Source: an uncultured delta proteobacterium (GTDB taxonomy: Bacteria; Myxococcota_A; Polyangia; Fen-1088). Taken from it: DNA of 64,000 nt. This document shows positions 30,715-40,208 of this stretch, one piece after another; within the stretch, counting starts at the first letter, position 1, and every line of letters begins with the position of its first letter. The stretch is taken from assembly GCA_963767925.1 (NCBI GenBank), contig CAVYGB010000008.1, positions 576,001 through 640,000 of the forward strand, in the 5' to 3' direction. The translations under genes and the position numbers were made by a program. The notes beneath the pieces were generated by a model. The model saw only the letters and a list, made by a program, of their open reading frames with translations. It was not told the origin of the DNA and did no database searches.

Positions 30715-31521
30715 TCAGGAACGTCGCGTCATGATGGCGGCGGCGCCGGGCTCAAGTACGCGAAAGGTAAAGGATTCAGTTAGATATAGCTCCACTTCTT
30801 TCTTGTCGTGGTGCGCATATCCGATGGAGAGGTCCTGTCCCAGCCACAGCTCGTAGTCCCCTCCCCGCAGGGACAGGACCACCGCGCCATCGAGGGCGAC
30901 CGTCCGCACCATGGGGCGATCGACGATCGCCTCGACCTGCTTGGCCAGCGGATACCCCTCCAGCAGGGTCGCCCGCACCTGGTCGTAGAGGGCGGCTCCC
31001 AGGACCAGGGCGTAAGGACCGCCGACGCCGGCCTGTCGCAAGGTCTCGCGCGCCGCCAGCACGGCCCGTGGGAGCGCGGCCAGCTCGGCGGGCAGCGGCT
31101 GGGGGGTGTGGGGGCTCGCGCGGATGATCCCGGCGATGTCGGCGGCGGTCAGGCCGTTGAAGATGGCGTTGTCCTCGGCCAGGGCCAGCTTCTCGGCCGC
31201 CCGGACCACCGCGCTGAGGTCGGGATCCTCCGCGCCGCGGGCCACCGAATCGAGCTCGGCGATCTGCAGCCGGATGGGCACACGCAGCTCCACCAGGGGC
31301 TGCACCTTGCGCAGCCCCAGCTCCAGCTCGGGATCGCCGGTGTCGCGCAGGGGCTGCAGGCGGCCCGTGTTGACCGCGGCGAACCGCCAGCCCTGGGGGC
31401 CGCGCACGTCCACCAGCTTGCGGCCCGCCAGGTTCAGCCGCAGCACCCGGGTGGCTTCGTTGTCGATGAACTCCCAGGCTTCGGGGAGGATGGGCGCCAG
31501 ATCGCGCTTGAGTAGGTCCAT
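30715..31521 (-). CDS. Family 1 encapsulin shell protein (Linocin M18-like)
   Basis: MDLLKRDLAPI..AW..ID.EA, GRKLVDV.GP.G, GQDLSIGY, LYLTESFTF; 268 aa. Confidence 0.95.
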   Translation of the reverse strand: MDLLKRDLAPILPEAWEFIDNEATRVLRLNLAGRKLVDVRGPQGWRFAAVNTGRLQPLRDTGDPELELGLRKVQPLVELRVPIRLQIAELDSVARGAEDPDLSAVVRAAEKLALAEDNAIFNGLTAADIAGIIRASPHTPQPLPAELAALPRAVLAARETLRQAGVGGPYALVLGAALYDQVRATLLEGYPLAKQVEAIVDRPMVRTVALDGAVVLSLRGGDYELWLGQDLSIGYAHHDKKEVELYLTESFTFRVLEPGAAAIMTRRS

Positions 31522-31523
31522 GG

Positions 31524-31922
31524 TCAAACCTCGTCCGTCTTGAGACTGCCGATTGCCAGCGATCCGCTCCCGGTCGGGCGGGGGGGCGCGCCCGCGGGCC
31601 GGGCGCCGGCGCCCCCCGCTGCCTTGGCCGCCTCCTCCACCTCGGTGATCGGCCCCTGGGTGAAAAGATAGGTCCGGGCGTGCTCGGCGAAGCCCTCGTC
31701 GTTGCGGATGAGCCACTCCAGGTTCATGAAGGCGTGCTCGATCTCCTCGTGGCGGTGATGCAGGAGCACCGCCTTGAGCTCGGCGTCGCTGGCCGCCTCG
31801 GCCCGCTGCCCGTACCAGTCGACCGCCTCCAGCTCCTCGATGAGCGAGACGATGGCACGGTGAAGGTTGCGGGTGCGCTCCGACAGTAGCTCGAGTGGCT
31901 CGTGGTAACTCTCGCTGCCCAT
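31524..31922 (-). CDS. Encapsulin cargo ferritin-like protein (EncFtn/Flp)
   Basis: YHEP, LHRAIVSLIEELEAVDWYGQR, EEIEH; C-terminal targeting peptide GSLAIGSLK. Confidence 0.94.
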   Translation of the reverse strand: MGSESYHEPLELLSERTRNLHRAIVSLIEELEAVDWYGQRAEAASDAELKAVLLHHRHEEIEHAFMNLEWLIRNDEGFAEHARTYLFTQGPITEVEEAAKAAGGAGARPAGAPPRPTGSGSLAIGSLKTDEV

Positions 31923-32075
31923 ATGTGACGGCCTCCCTGGCTCGGTGCTGAGGGTCTGAGATCTGGTACCAGCAGGCTAGGTTCGACGGGGTGCTTCGGC
32001 AAGCAGGGATGTTTGGCGTTTCCGTCGCGGGGACTTTCCTCTTGCTGCCCGACCCGCGGGGTTTACCCTGGCGCC

Positions 32076-32426
32076 ATGTCGATCGAGGCCCTGGTCCCCC
32101 TGCTGCGGGCGTTCGTGGCCGAGCGCGAGTGGGCCCGCTTTCACGATCCCAAGAACCTGGCCATGTTGCTGGCCTCCGAGGCGGGCGAGCTGCTCGCCGA
32201 ATACCGCTGGATCGCCAGCGATCAGGCCGACGCGGCCTCGCGCGAGCCGGCCCTGCGGGCCCGGGTGGCGGCCGAGATCGGCGACGTCGGCATCGCCCTG
32301 CTGCTCCTGTGCGACCGGATCGGCCTCGACCTGCAGGAGGCCATGGCGGCCAAGCTCGAGGTCAACCGGCGCAAGTACCCGGCCGACCTGGTCCGGGGCC
32401 GGGCCGATCGGCCCGAGCCCGGCTGA
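32076..32426 (+). CDS. MazG-like nucleotide pyrophosphohydrolase (dCTPase-like)
   Basis: FVAEREWARFHDPKNLAM.LASEAGEL..EIGDV..KL..N.RKYP. Confidence 0.9.
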   Translation: MSIEALVPLLRAFVAEREWARFHDPKNLAMLLASEAGELLAEYRWIASDQADAASREPALRARVAAEIGDVGIALLLLCDRIGLDLQEAMAAKLEVNRRKYPADLVRGRADRPEPG

Positions 32427-32435
32427 GGCGCGGTC

Positions 32436-34124
32436 TCACTTGTCTGGCACCGGCTTCTCCTCGCCGTGCACCGTGAGCAGCGGGTGCTTGACCAGCGCCC
32501 GGAACTCGTAGCCCTGCCGGCGGTCGAGGTCCTTGATGGTGGCGCTGAACTGGCCCGGCGCCTGCCGGCGCACCAGGCCGGTGGGACGCCAGGGGGCGTC
32601 GGCGTGGAGCAGCTCCTCCACCTGCTTGCGCCGGCGGTATTCGAAGCCCACCTCGACCGCGGGGGCCTGCCCGAGCGACCCGAGGTCGCCCACCAGGACC
32701 GCCTCGCTCTGTCCGGGCCCCGGCTGCGCCCGCACGGTGGCGACGGCGGGCGGGCTGAGGGCCGCCTCGACGTGGGTCAGCTTCACCACCAGCGGATTGG
32801 GGTACTTGCGGGCGTTGTACAGGCGCTGGGCCATCATGATGTCGAGCTCCAGCCCGCGGCCGTCGTCGCGCCAGCGCGGGCTGGCGTCCACGTCGGGCCG
32901 GTATTCGAGGATCTTGCCGTCGGCCCCCAGCACGCTCACCTGCGTCGCGGTGGTGGGACGGATCGATCGGATCCGGAAGCTCTTGCGCTCCCCCATGACC
33001 CAGGGCGTGCTGGTGATGAAGACGTAGACGGTGTCCTCGTCCTTCTTCTTGGTGAACCAGAGGTTCCCCTCGTTCGTCACCACCCAGGGGCGCACCGCCG
33101 TGATCGACTCGCCGAAGGCGAAGTTCCAGAGGGCGAGCTCGCGCAGGCGCTCCTCCTGCTCGATGGGCAGCTCGCCGTCGGGCTTGGGCCCCACGTTGAG
33201 CAGCAGGTTGCCCCCCTTGGCCCGGGTCTCGATCAGGATCTGGATGAGCTCGCTGCCCGAGCGGTACTTGTCGTGGGTGGGCTGATATTGCCAGGCGGTC
33301 CCCATGGTCAGGCAGGACTCCCAGACCCGGTTGAGGGGCACCCCGGGGATGGTCTGCTCGGGCGTCTCGATCACGTCGCGGGTGATGACGGCGTCGGGCT
33401 GGGCCTTCCAGATCACGTCGCGCATGCCGGCCGCGGGACCGTCGAGGAACCAGACGTCGACGCGGCCGTAGCGGGTGGCCAGCTCGCGCAGCTGCTCGCG
33501 GTCGACCTTCATCAGCTCCGGGTTCTCCTGGGGCAACACGCCGGGGTGGGGCCGCCGGGTGACCGGCTTGCCGTTCGTGTGCAGCCAGTGGAAGTCCTCG
33601 GGCGAAAAGTACAGGCCCACCGCCAGCCCCTGCTTGCGGAAGGCGCGCACGACCTCCCCCAGCAGGTCGCGCCGCTCGGGGGTGCGGGCCAGGGAAAACG
33701 GGGTGGTCTTCGTGTTCCACATGGCGAAGCCCGAGTGGTGCTTGGCGGTGAACACGACGTATTTCATCCCGGCCAGACGGGCCAGCACCGCCCAGGCCTC
33801 GGGGTTGAACTTGCGCGGGTGGAAGGTCTTCGGCAGGTCCTCGAAGTAGCGCTTGCGGTAGTCCTCGCTGGCCCCGGCCAGCGAGTGGCTGATGTCCGAT
33901 CCGATCTGGCTGTCGACGCTCCAGTGGATGAACATCCCGAAGCCCAGGTCCCGGAACCAATCGAGGCGCTGGGGTTTGTTGTCGAAGCCGTCGGCCAGCT
34001 CGGGGCGGTCGGTGGAGGGAGGCGCGGCCCGGGCCGGGGCGAGCAGGCCGGCCCCGAGCAGGGCAGCGGCCAGCAGGCCGCGGGAGGACCAAGCGCGAGA
34101 GCGGACGCGTCCGGAAGAGCGCAT
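32436..34124 (-). CDS. Secreted alpha-L-fucosidase (GH29)
   Basis: WFRDLGFGMFIHW, AGMKYVVFTAKHHSGF, WFLDG, GGNLLLNVGPKPDG; signal peptide ending APARA. Confidence 0.92.
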   Translation of the reverse strand: MRSSGRVRSRAWSSRGLLAAALLGAGLLAPARAAPPSTDRPELADGFDNKPQRLDWFRDLGFGMFIHWSVDSQIGSDISHSLAGASEDYRKRYFEDLPKTFHPRKFNPEAWAVLARLAGMKYVVFTAKHHSGFAMWNTKTTPFSLARTPERRDLLGEVVRAFRKQGLAVGLYFSPEDFHWLHTNGKPVTRRPHPGVLPQENPELMKVDREQLRELATRYGRVDVWFLDGPAAGMRDVIWKAQPDAVITRDVIETPEQTIPGVPLNRVWESCLTMGTAWQYQPTHDKYRSGSELIQILIETRAKGGNLLLNVGPKPDGELPIEQEERLRELALWNFAFGESITAVRPWVVTNEGNLWFTKKKDEDTVYVFITSTPWVMGERKSFRIRSIRPTTATQVSVLGADGKILEYRPDVDASPRWRDDGRGLELDIMMAQRLYNARKYPNPLVVKLTHVEAALSPPAVATVRAQPGPGQSEAVLVGDLGSLGQAPAVEVGFEYRRRKQVEELLHADAPWRPTGLVRRQAPGQFSATIKDLDRRQGYEFRALVKHPLLTVHGEEKPVPDK

Positions 34125-34165
34125 GCGCGGCAGACTACACCGGCAGCGTCCGCGTGGGGCGGCGC

Positions 34166-35599
34166 TCAGCCGAGGACTGCGTCGACGCTCTCGCCGAGGA
34201 TCCGGACCATGTCCCTCAGGTCCTCGGGAGCGGTGACGAGCGGCGGGAACAGGTACATCGTGTCGCCCAGCGGCCGGAGCAGCGCGCCCCGGCGCAGCGC
34301 CTCGGCGTAGATCCGGTAGCCGGTGCGCGCCCGGGGGTCGAGGGGGCCGCCGCCGGGCGCCTGCAGATCGACCGCCGCGACGAGGCCAATCGAGCGCAGG
34401 TTGGCCAGGAAAGGCCGCCGCTCGACCAGCGCCCGCATCGCCTCGTGCAGCAGGCCGGCGCGCGCGCCGACCTGACCGAGGATGTCCTCCTCGGCGTAGA
34501 CCGCGAGGGTGGCCAGCGCCGCCGCCACCGCCAGGGCGTTGCCGGTATAGGTGTTCGAGTGCAAAAAGGCCCGGCGATCGAAGTAGTCGGCGTCGAACAG
34601 GTCGTAGATCGCGTCGGTGGTCAGCACCGCCGACAGCGGCAGGAAGCCGGCGGTGAGCCCCTTGGACAGCACGACGAAGTCGGGCAACACCGGGGTCGGA
34701 TCGGCGCCCGGGGCGGCGAGGTGGGTGGCCAGGGCCGCCCCCACCCGGCCCATCCCGGCGGCGATCTCGTCGGCGATGAGGTACACCTGCCGCGTCCGGG
34801 CCCAGGCCGCCAGCCGGGCGAACAGCGCGGGGCTCAGCAGGCGCATGCCACCGGCCGCCTGCAGGACCGGCTCGTAGACGACGCCGGCCAGGGTGGGGGC
34901 CAGCGCGTCCAGCCGGGCGGCCAGCTCCGACCACTCGGGCTCGGGATCCAGCCAGCGGGGGTCGTGGGGCCCCAGGCGGTAGGGCAGGGGCGACAGCCGG
35001 TCCACCGGGAAGGTCAGCGCCTTGAACGGATCGCCGTAGAGGCCCAGGTCTCCGACCGACAGCGCCCCCACCGTCTCGCCGTGGTAGCCGTTGGCGAAGG
35101 AGGCGAAGCGCGTGCGCCCGGCGCCGGCCGGCCCGCGCTGGGCCTGCGCCTGCAGGGCCATCTTCAGCGCGATCTCGACCCCCGTCGAACCGTTGTCGGC
35201 GAGGAACACCCGCCCGAAGTGGCCCTCGGGGCGTCCCGCCGGCGCGGCCGCTCCGAAGCGGGCGGCAGGCAGGCCGTTGGCCAGGGCCAGCACCCGCTCG
35301 CACAGGGCGACCAGAGGCGCGTGGGTGAGGCCCGCGACCATGACGTGCTCGAAGGCCTCGAGCTGATCGGAGACGGCCCGGCGCAGGCGGGGGTGGGCAT
35401 GCCCCAGCGACTTGCACCACCAGCTCGAGATGGCGTCGTGGAGCACGCGCCCGTCGGCCAGGTGCAGCCGGCAGCCCTGCGCGCGCACCACCTCGAGCGG
35501 GGGCAACGCGCGGTAGTCGCGCATCTGGCTGCAGGGGTGCCAGAAGACCTGCAGGTCGCGCGCGATGAGGCCGGTCAGCTCAGAAGGCGACCTGGACAC
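34166..35599 (-). CDS. bioA: Adenosylmethionine-8-amino-7-oxononanoate aminotransferase
   Basis: WHPCSQM, DAISSWW, DNGSTGVEIALKMA, YHGET, LIADEIA, LSKGLTAGFLPLS, LLRPLG. Confidence 0.93.
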   Translation of the reverse strand: MSRSPSELTGLIARDLQVFWHPCSQMRDYRALPPLEVVRAQGCRLHLADGRVLHDAISSWWCKSLGHAHPRLRRAVSDQLEAFEHVMVAGLTHAPLVALCERVLALANGLPAARFGAAAPAGRPEGHFGRVFLADNGSTGVEIALKMALQAQAQRGPAGAGRTRFASFANGYHGETVGALSVGDLGLYGDPFKALTFPVDRLSPLPYRLGPHDPRWLDPEPEWSELAARLDALAPTLAGVVYEPVLQAAGGMRLLSPALFARLAAWARTRQVYLIADEIAAGMGRVGAALATHLAAPGADPTPVLPDFVVLSKGLTAGFLPLSAVLTTDAIYDLFDADYFDRRAFLHSNTYTGNALAVAAALATLAVYAEEDILGQVGARAGLLHEAMRALVERRPFLANLRSIGLVAAVDLQAPGGGPLDPRARTGYRIYAEALRRGALLRPLGDTMYLFPPLVTAPEDLRDMVRILGESVDAVLG

Positions 35600-37133
35600 C
35601 CGCGTTGATCTCGACCAGCATGCCGAAGTTCCAGCCGGCCCCCAGGGCGCGGGCCTCGGCCAGCGCCGCCACCCGGTCGCTGAAGTTGTAGGCCATTCCG
35701 GCTCCCAGCCCGCCGACCAGCGGCCCCACCACGACCGTGTCGCTGGCGACCAGCCCCAGCTCCCGATCGGGATCCACCTTCATCCGCAGGGCCGACCCTC
35801 CTCCCAGGGCGGCGCTGCCCAGGACCTGGAAGTCGCCGAGGTCGACGAGGGCGTACTGGAACCGGAGCATCGCCGCGTGGGCCGTCCGGGGCGGGGCCCC
35901 GGTGGCCTCCGCGTCGCCCGATCCGCTCGGCGGCAGGTACTGGTGGCGCGACTGCACCGACAGGGCCGCCCGCTCGCCGAGCTGGAGGCCGATCTCGGGG
36001 ATGGCGTGACCCAGCCCGACCGGCGAGATCCCGGTGGTGACCGCCCGCCGGGGATGCCGCTCGAGCGGCCGCCGGCCGTGCCAGCCCCAGCCGTTGCCCA
36101 GGCCCAGCCCGACCCAGATGCTGCCGGGGGCCCGCCGGGAGAGCAGGGCGCGCGCGCCGCTGAGGGCGGCCTCCCGCTCGCGCAGCTCGAGGGGCGAGCT
36201 CTCCGTGCCGGCGCTGGTCTCGGCGGCGATCTGCAGAGCGGCCAGCGCGCCGATGCCCACCGGGGGGGCACCCTCCTTGAGGGCGATGACGTTCGGCGAG
36301 TCGCTCTTGCCGTTGCGGACGGCTACGTCGTTGCCGTCGCCGTGGGCCTCGAAGTAAAACTGCAGCGAGCGGCCCATGACCTGGCCGGCCGGGACCACCG
36401 CGGTGAACCAGCCCTTCTTGCTCCGGTTCATCGTCACGGGGGTGAAGATCTCGCCCGAGGAGGGCCGGTAGTAGGCCATCACCTTGCTGACCCGGATCTC
36501 GGGCTGGGTCAGGCATCGGAGGTTCACCTCCCGGGCCGGCGGTCCCTCGATGGGGACCGGGCAATACAGGGGCTGGGGGATGCTGGCCGGCAGGTCCGGC
36601 TCCTCGGTGGCGGCGGTGAGTCGAGCGAGCCGCAGCGCCGCCGGGCTGACCCCGCTCGGCCGGGCGGCCGCGGCCGCAGGCGGCGGGGCGGCGGCCGGCT
36701 GCGCCACCGCCGGCTGGGTGGGGATCAGCTTGCGCGCCTGCGCGAGGTCGGCCTCGAGCGCCGGCGTCGACAGCTTGGGGGTCAAGCGGATGTCGGGGCG
36801 GATCTGCAGGGCCTGGGCGAAGGTGGTGATGCCCTCGTCCCGCTGCTTGAGCCCCACGATGGTGACGACGGCGAGGTGAACGAAGGTCCGCGCCGTCATG
36901 TCGTGTCCGTCGAGGCGGGCGCTCCGGCCGAGCGCGATCGCGTCGAGCAGCAGCTTGCGGGCGGTCTGATGGCGGCCGGCGGTGTGGGCCGCGAGCGCCT
37001 TCTTGTTGAGGTCCACCATCTGGCGGAGCGTGCGCTCCTCGTTGGCGGCGAGAGCGGGCGCTCGCAGAGCCGTCCCGATCCCCGTCGCCAGGGCCAGCAC
37101 CAACAGGAAGCGCGCGAGCAAAGAGGTGTTCAT
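35580..37133 (-). CDS. Secreted TPR-like/Ig-like protein with probable C-terminal beta-barrel
   Basis: Signal peptide, helical N-terminal region, beta-rich middle, alternating Gly/hydrophobic C-terminus ending GVQVAF. Confidence 0.65.
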   Translation of the reverse strand: MNTSLLARFLLVLALATGIGTALRAPALAANEERTLRQMVDLNKKALAAHTAGRHQTARKLLLDAIALGRSARLDGHDMTARTFVHLAVVTIVGLKQRDEGITTFAQALQIRPDIRLTPKLSTPALEADLAQARKLIPTQPAVAQPAAAPPPAAAAARPSGVSPAALRLARLTAATEEPDLPASIPQPLYCPVPIEGPPAREVNLRCLTQPEIRVSKVMAYYRPSSGEIFTPVTMNRSKKGWFTAVVPAGQVMGRSLQFYFEAHGDGNDVAVRNGKSDSPNVIALKEGAPPVGIGALAALQIAAETSAGTESSPLELREREAALSGARALLSRRAPGSIWVGLGLGNGWGWHGRRPLERHPRRAVTTGISPVGLGHAIPEIGLQLGERAALSVQSRHQYLPPSGSGDAEATGAPPRTAHAAMLRFQYALVDLGDFQVLGSAALGGGSALRMKVDPDRELGLVASDTVVVGPLVGGLGAGMAYNFSDRVAALAEARALGAGWNFGMLVEINAGVQVAF

Positions 37134-37244
37134 GCAGCGTTGCCCCACGGCGGCGCAATCCTAGTCAGGCGGCCAGGGTTTTCCAGCTTCAGGACTGCAT
37201 TTTCGACCCTCAAAAGCCACGACGCGACACGGGGTTGGACCCCG

Positions 37245-38192
37245 TCACCCGGGAACATCGACGGTGACGGCGTTCCTGACCACGCGATCGAGCAGAAAGC
37301 ACGGCGCCAGTTGCGACGGCGTTACGAGCGTGCCGGCAGGGCACAGGCCGGCGGAGGTGGCCAGCGCGCCAACCACCACCTCGGGAGCGATCCCCCTGCG
37401 GCGCAGATCGGCCAGGGCCTGCGGCCGGGTGCGCTTGGCCAGCCGCTCGCCGGCGGGGGAGAGGACCAGGGGGACGTGCCCGAACCAGGGCGGGGGCAGG
37501 CCGAGGGCCCGGTACAGCGCGAGCTGCCGGGGCGTGGAGGTGAGCAGGTCATCGCCGCGCACCACCTCGCTGATCCCCATGGCGGCGTCGTCGACGACAA
37601 CCGCGAGCTGATAGGCCGCCCCGCCGTCGGCGCGGCGGATGACGAAGTCGTCGAGCCCCTCGGCCCCGAGCGGATCGACCGGGCCGTGGATCCGGTCGGA
37701 GAACGCCCAGCGCTGCCCGGCGCCCCGGAAACGCACCGTCGGGCGCCGCCCCTGCGCGGCGGCCCGCGCCGCCACCTCGGCGGGATCGAGGTCGCGGCAG
37801 GTGCCCGGGTACCGGGGGCCGTCCTCGCCGTGGGGGGCGGTGGCGGCCCGGGCCACGTCGGCGCGCGAGCAAGCGCAGGCGAAGGCCTGGCCCCCCTCGA
37901 GCAGGCGCCGGGTGGCCTCGTCGTAACGGGCGGCGCGCTCGCTCTGGCGGTAGGGCGCCGACGGGCCACCGACGTCGGGCCCCTCGTCCCAGTCCAGGCC
38001 CAGCCAGATCAGCTCCTCGAGGATGGCCACCTCGGCCCCGGGCACCAGGCGGCTGGTGTCGAGGTCCTCGATGCGCAGGACCATGCGCCCGCCCGCCGAT
38101 CGCGCGCTCAGCCAGGCCAGCAGCGCGGTGCGGAGGTTGCCGAGGTGCATGGCACCGGTGGGGCTGGGGGCGAAGCGACCGCTGGCGCGCAT
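37245..38192 (-). CDS. gluQ: tRNA glutamyl-Q(34) synthetase GluQRS
   Basis: GRFAPSPTG.MHLGN, LRIEDLD, CACSR, YQLAVVVDD, VVRGDDL, RLAKR; no anticodon-binding domain. Confidence 0.92.
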   Translation of the reverse strand: MRASGRFAPSPTGAMHLGNLRTALLAWLSARSAGGRMVLRIEDLDTSRLVPGAEVAILEELIWLGLDWDEGPDVGGPSAPYRQSERAARYDEATRRLLEGGQAFACACSRADVARAATAPHGEDGPRYPGTCRDLDPAEVAARAAAQGRRPTVRFRGAGQRWAFSDRIHGPVDPLGAEGLDDFVIRRADGGAAYQLAVVVDDAAMGISEVVRGDDLLTSTPRQLALYRALGLPPPWFGHVPLVLSPAGERLAKRTRPQALADLRRRGIAPEVVVGALATSAGLCPAGTLVTPSQLAPCFLLDRVVRNAVTVDVPG

Positions 38193-38210
38193 GCCGTCCG
38201 CCGAGACGTT

Positions 38211-38699
38211 ATGATGGCGACCGCCGCCGAGCCAACCGTCACCGTGAGCCCCCCCGAAGATCCCCCGAAGGCTACCCCGAACGCGCCACCCGACGTCCGC
38301 TCGGATTCCCCGCCGGACGTCCCCCCGCAGGTGCGCCCGCCCGATGCCGCCGCCGGGTTCGAGGACGTGGGGGCCGAGGCCGAGGTGGGCGAGGGGACGA
38401 TGAAAGGCTTCGACGTCGCCGGGGAACGCGTGCTGGTGGCCCGGACCGGAGGATGCCTGTTCGCGGTCGGCGGGATCTGCACCCACCAGATCGCCTACCT
38501 CGAGGACGGGGCCCTGGAGGACGCCTGCGTGAGCTGTCCCCGCCACGGCGCCAGCTTCGACCTGCGCACCGGCGCGCCCCTGACCGCCCCGGCCGACATG
38601 CCCATTCCGGTCTACGCCGTGCGGGTCGCGGGCGGCCGGATCCTCGTCTCGCGCCAGCCCCGCCGCGACCTCACGCCACCCCCTTGCCCGGGTTCATGA
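38211..38699 (+). CDS. Rieske [2Fe-2S] ferredoxin
   Basis: CTH..CPRHGASFDLRTG; true start may be downstream (~38331-38400). Confidence 0.85.
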   Translation: MMATAAEPTVTVSPPEDPPKATPNAPPDVRSDSPPDVPPQVRPPDAAAGFEDVGAEAEVGEGTMKGFDVAGERVLVARTGGCLFAVGGICTHQIAYLEDGALEDACVSCPRHGASFDLRTGAPLTAPADMPIPVYAVRVAGGRILVSRQPRRDLTPPPCPGS

Positions 38700-40077
38700 T
38701 GCCCCGGGGATCGAGGGCGTCCTTGATCCGGCGCATCAGCGCGATCTCGAGCGGGCTCTTGTAGCGGCGGATCTCCTCCCGCTTGGCCACGCCGATGCCG
38801 TGTTCGGCGCTGATCGATCCGCCCAGGCTCACGGTTATGTCGTGCACCACCTTGTGCACGTCGTCGTCGCGGGCCATGAAGGCTGCGGGATCGGCCCCCT
38901 CGGGCTGGGTGAAGTTGAAGTGCAGGTTCCCGTCGCCGACGTGGCCGAAGGGGACCGGGCGGATGCCGGGCACCAGCGCGGTCACCGCCGCGGTGACCGC
39001 GTCGACGACGGCGGGGATGCGCGAGACCGGCACCGAGATGTCGTGTTTGATGCTGGCCCCTTCCGGCTTCTGCGACTCGGAGATCCCCTCGCGCAGGCGC
39101 CAGAGCGCCGCGGCCTGGGCGGGCGTGCTGGCCAGGGCGGCGTCGTCGATCAGCCCGGCCTCGACCGCGTCGGCCAGGGCCCGCTCGGCGGTGGCGCGGT
39201 CGCAGGTCAGATCGAACAGGACGTACCAGGGGGAGGGCCGGGCCAGGGGGTCGCTCGTCCCGGGCAGGTGGCGGGTGACGAACTCGAGGGCCCGCCGGCA
39301 GATCAGCTCGAAGGCCAGCACGGCGTCGTGGGTCGCCTCGCGGACCAGCGACAGCAGGGCGACGGCCGCCTCCACGCTGGGGACCGCGGCGAAGATGGTC
39401 TCCACCTGGCGGTGCCGGGGGAACAGCTTGAGGACGGCGGCGGTGATGACCCCCAGGGTCCCCTCGGCTCCCAGGAACAGGTGCTTCAGATCGTAGCCGG
39501 TGTTGTCCTTGCGCAGGGCCCGCAGCCCGTCCCAGAGATCGCCCTGGGGCGTGACGACCTCCAGGCCCAGCACCAGCTCGCGCGCGTTGCCGTAGCGCAG
39601 GACGTGCACCCCGCCCGCGTTGGTGGAGAGGTTGCCCCCGATCTGGCAGCTCCCCTCGGCGGCCAGGCTCAGCGGGAACAGCCGATCGGCGGCGGCCGCC
39701 GCCTGCTGCACCTCCAGCAGGGTGCAGCCGGCCTCGACGGTGATCGTGTTGTCGATGGGATCGACGGCCCGCACCCGGCGCAGGCGGCCGAGGCTCAGCA
39801 AGATCTGCGTGCCATCGAGGCTCGGGATCTGTCCCCCCACCAGCCCGGTGTTGCCGCCCTGGGGGACGACGCCCACTTCGGCCTCGGCACAGGTCCGGAC
39901 GATGGCCGCCACCTCCTCGGCCCGGCCCGGGCGCAGCAGCAGCGGCGTCTGGCCCCGGTACCGGTTGCGCCACTCCTTGAGCTGGGGCGCGAGCTCCGCC
40001 GGGTCGTCGGTCCAGCCCCCTTCTCCGACGATGGCCTTGAGTCGATCCAGGGTGCGGGGGTCGGGCGGGCGCAGCAT
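38671..40077 (-). CDS. FAD-binding oxidoreductase (D-2-hydroxyacid dehydrogenase-like)
   Basis: PQGGNTGLVGG, GGNLSTNAGG, LRKDNTGYDL, FGHVGDGNLHFN, SISAEHGIG. Confidence 0.92.
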   Translation of the reverse strand: MLRPPDPRTLDRLKAIVGEGGWTDDPAELAPQLKEWRNRYRGQTPLLLRPGRAEEVAAIVRTCAEAEVGVVPQGGNTGLVGGQIPSLDGTQILLSLGRLRRVRAVDPIDNTITVEAGCTLLEVQQAAAAADRLFPLSLAAEGSCQIGGNLSTNAGGVHVLRYGNARELVLGLEVVTPQGDLWDGLRALRKDNTGYDLKHLFLGAEGTLGVITAAVLKLFPRHRQVETIFAAVPSVEAAVALLSLVREATHDAVLAFELICRRALEFVTRHLPGTSDPLARPSPWYVLFDLTCDRATAERALADAVEAGLIDDAALASTPAQAAALWRLREGISESQKPEGASIKHDISVPVSRIPAVVDAVTAAVTALVPGIRPVPFGHVGDGNLHFNFTQPEGADPAAFMARDDDVHKVVHDITVSLGGSISAEHGIGVAKREEIRRYKSPLEIALMRRIKDALDPRGIMNPGKGVA

Positions 40078-40208
40078 GAGTCGGTCGCATATCATAGCCC
40101 GCGGGACCCTGGTAGGGTCCCGCCCGCCGCGCCGAGCGCCGGCGCGGCCCGCCCGACGTCGTTCCCTCGCTTCGTCCCCGCGCTTCGCCCGCGGCGGACG
40201 GCCCTTCC

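Noticed and set aside
32436..35420. 994-aa ORF suggesting a bioA-fucosidase fusion; similar long ORFs at 6051-9110 and 35565-38699
   Set aside because: Extensions are stop-free shadow frames in high-GC DNA overlapping real genes; starts were reassigned to signal peptides or motifs.
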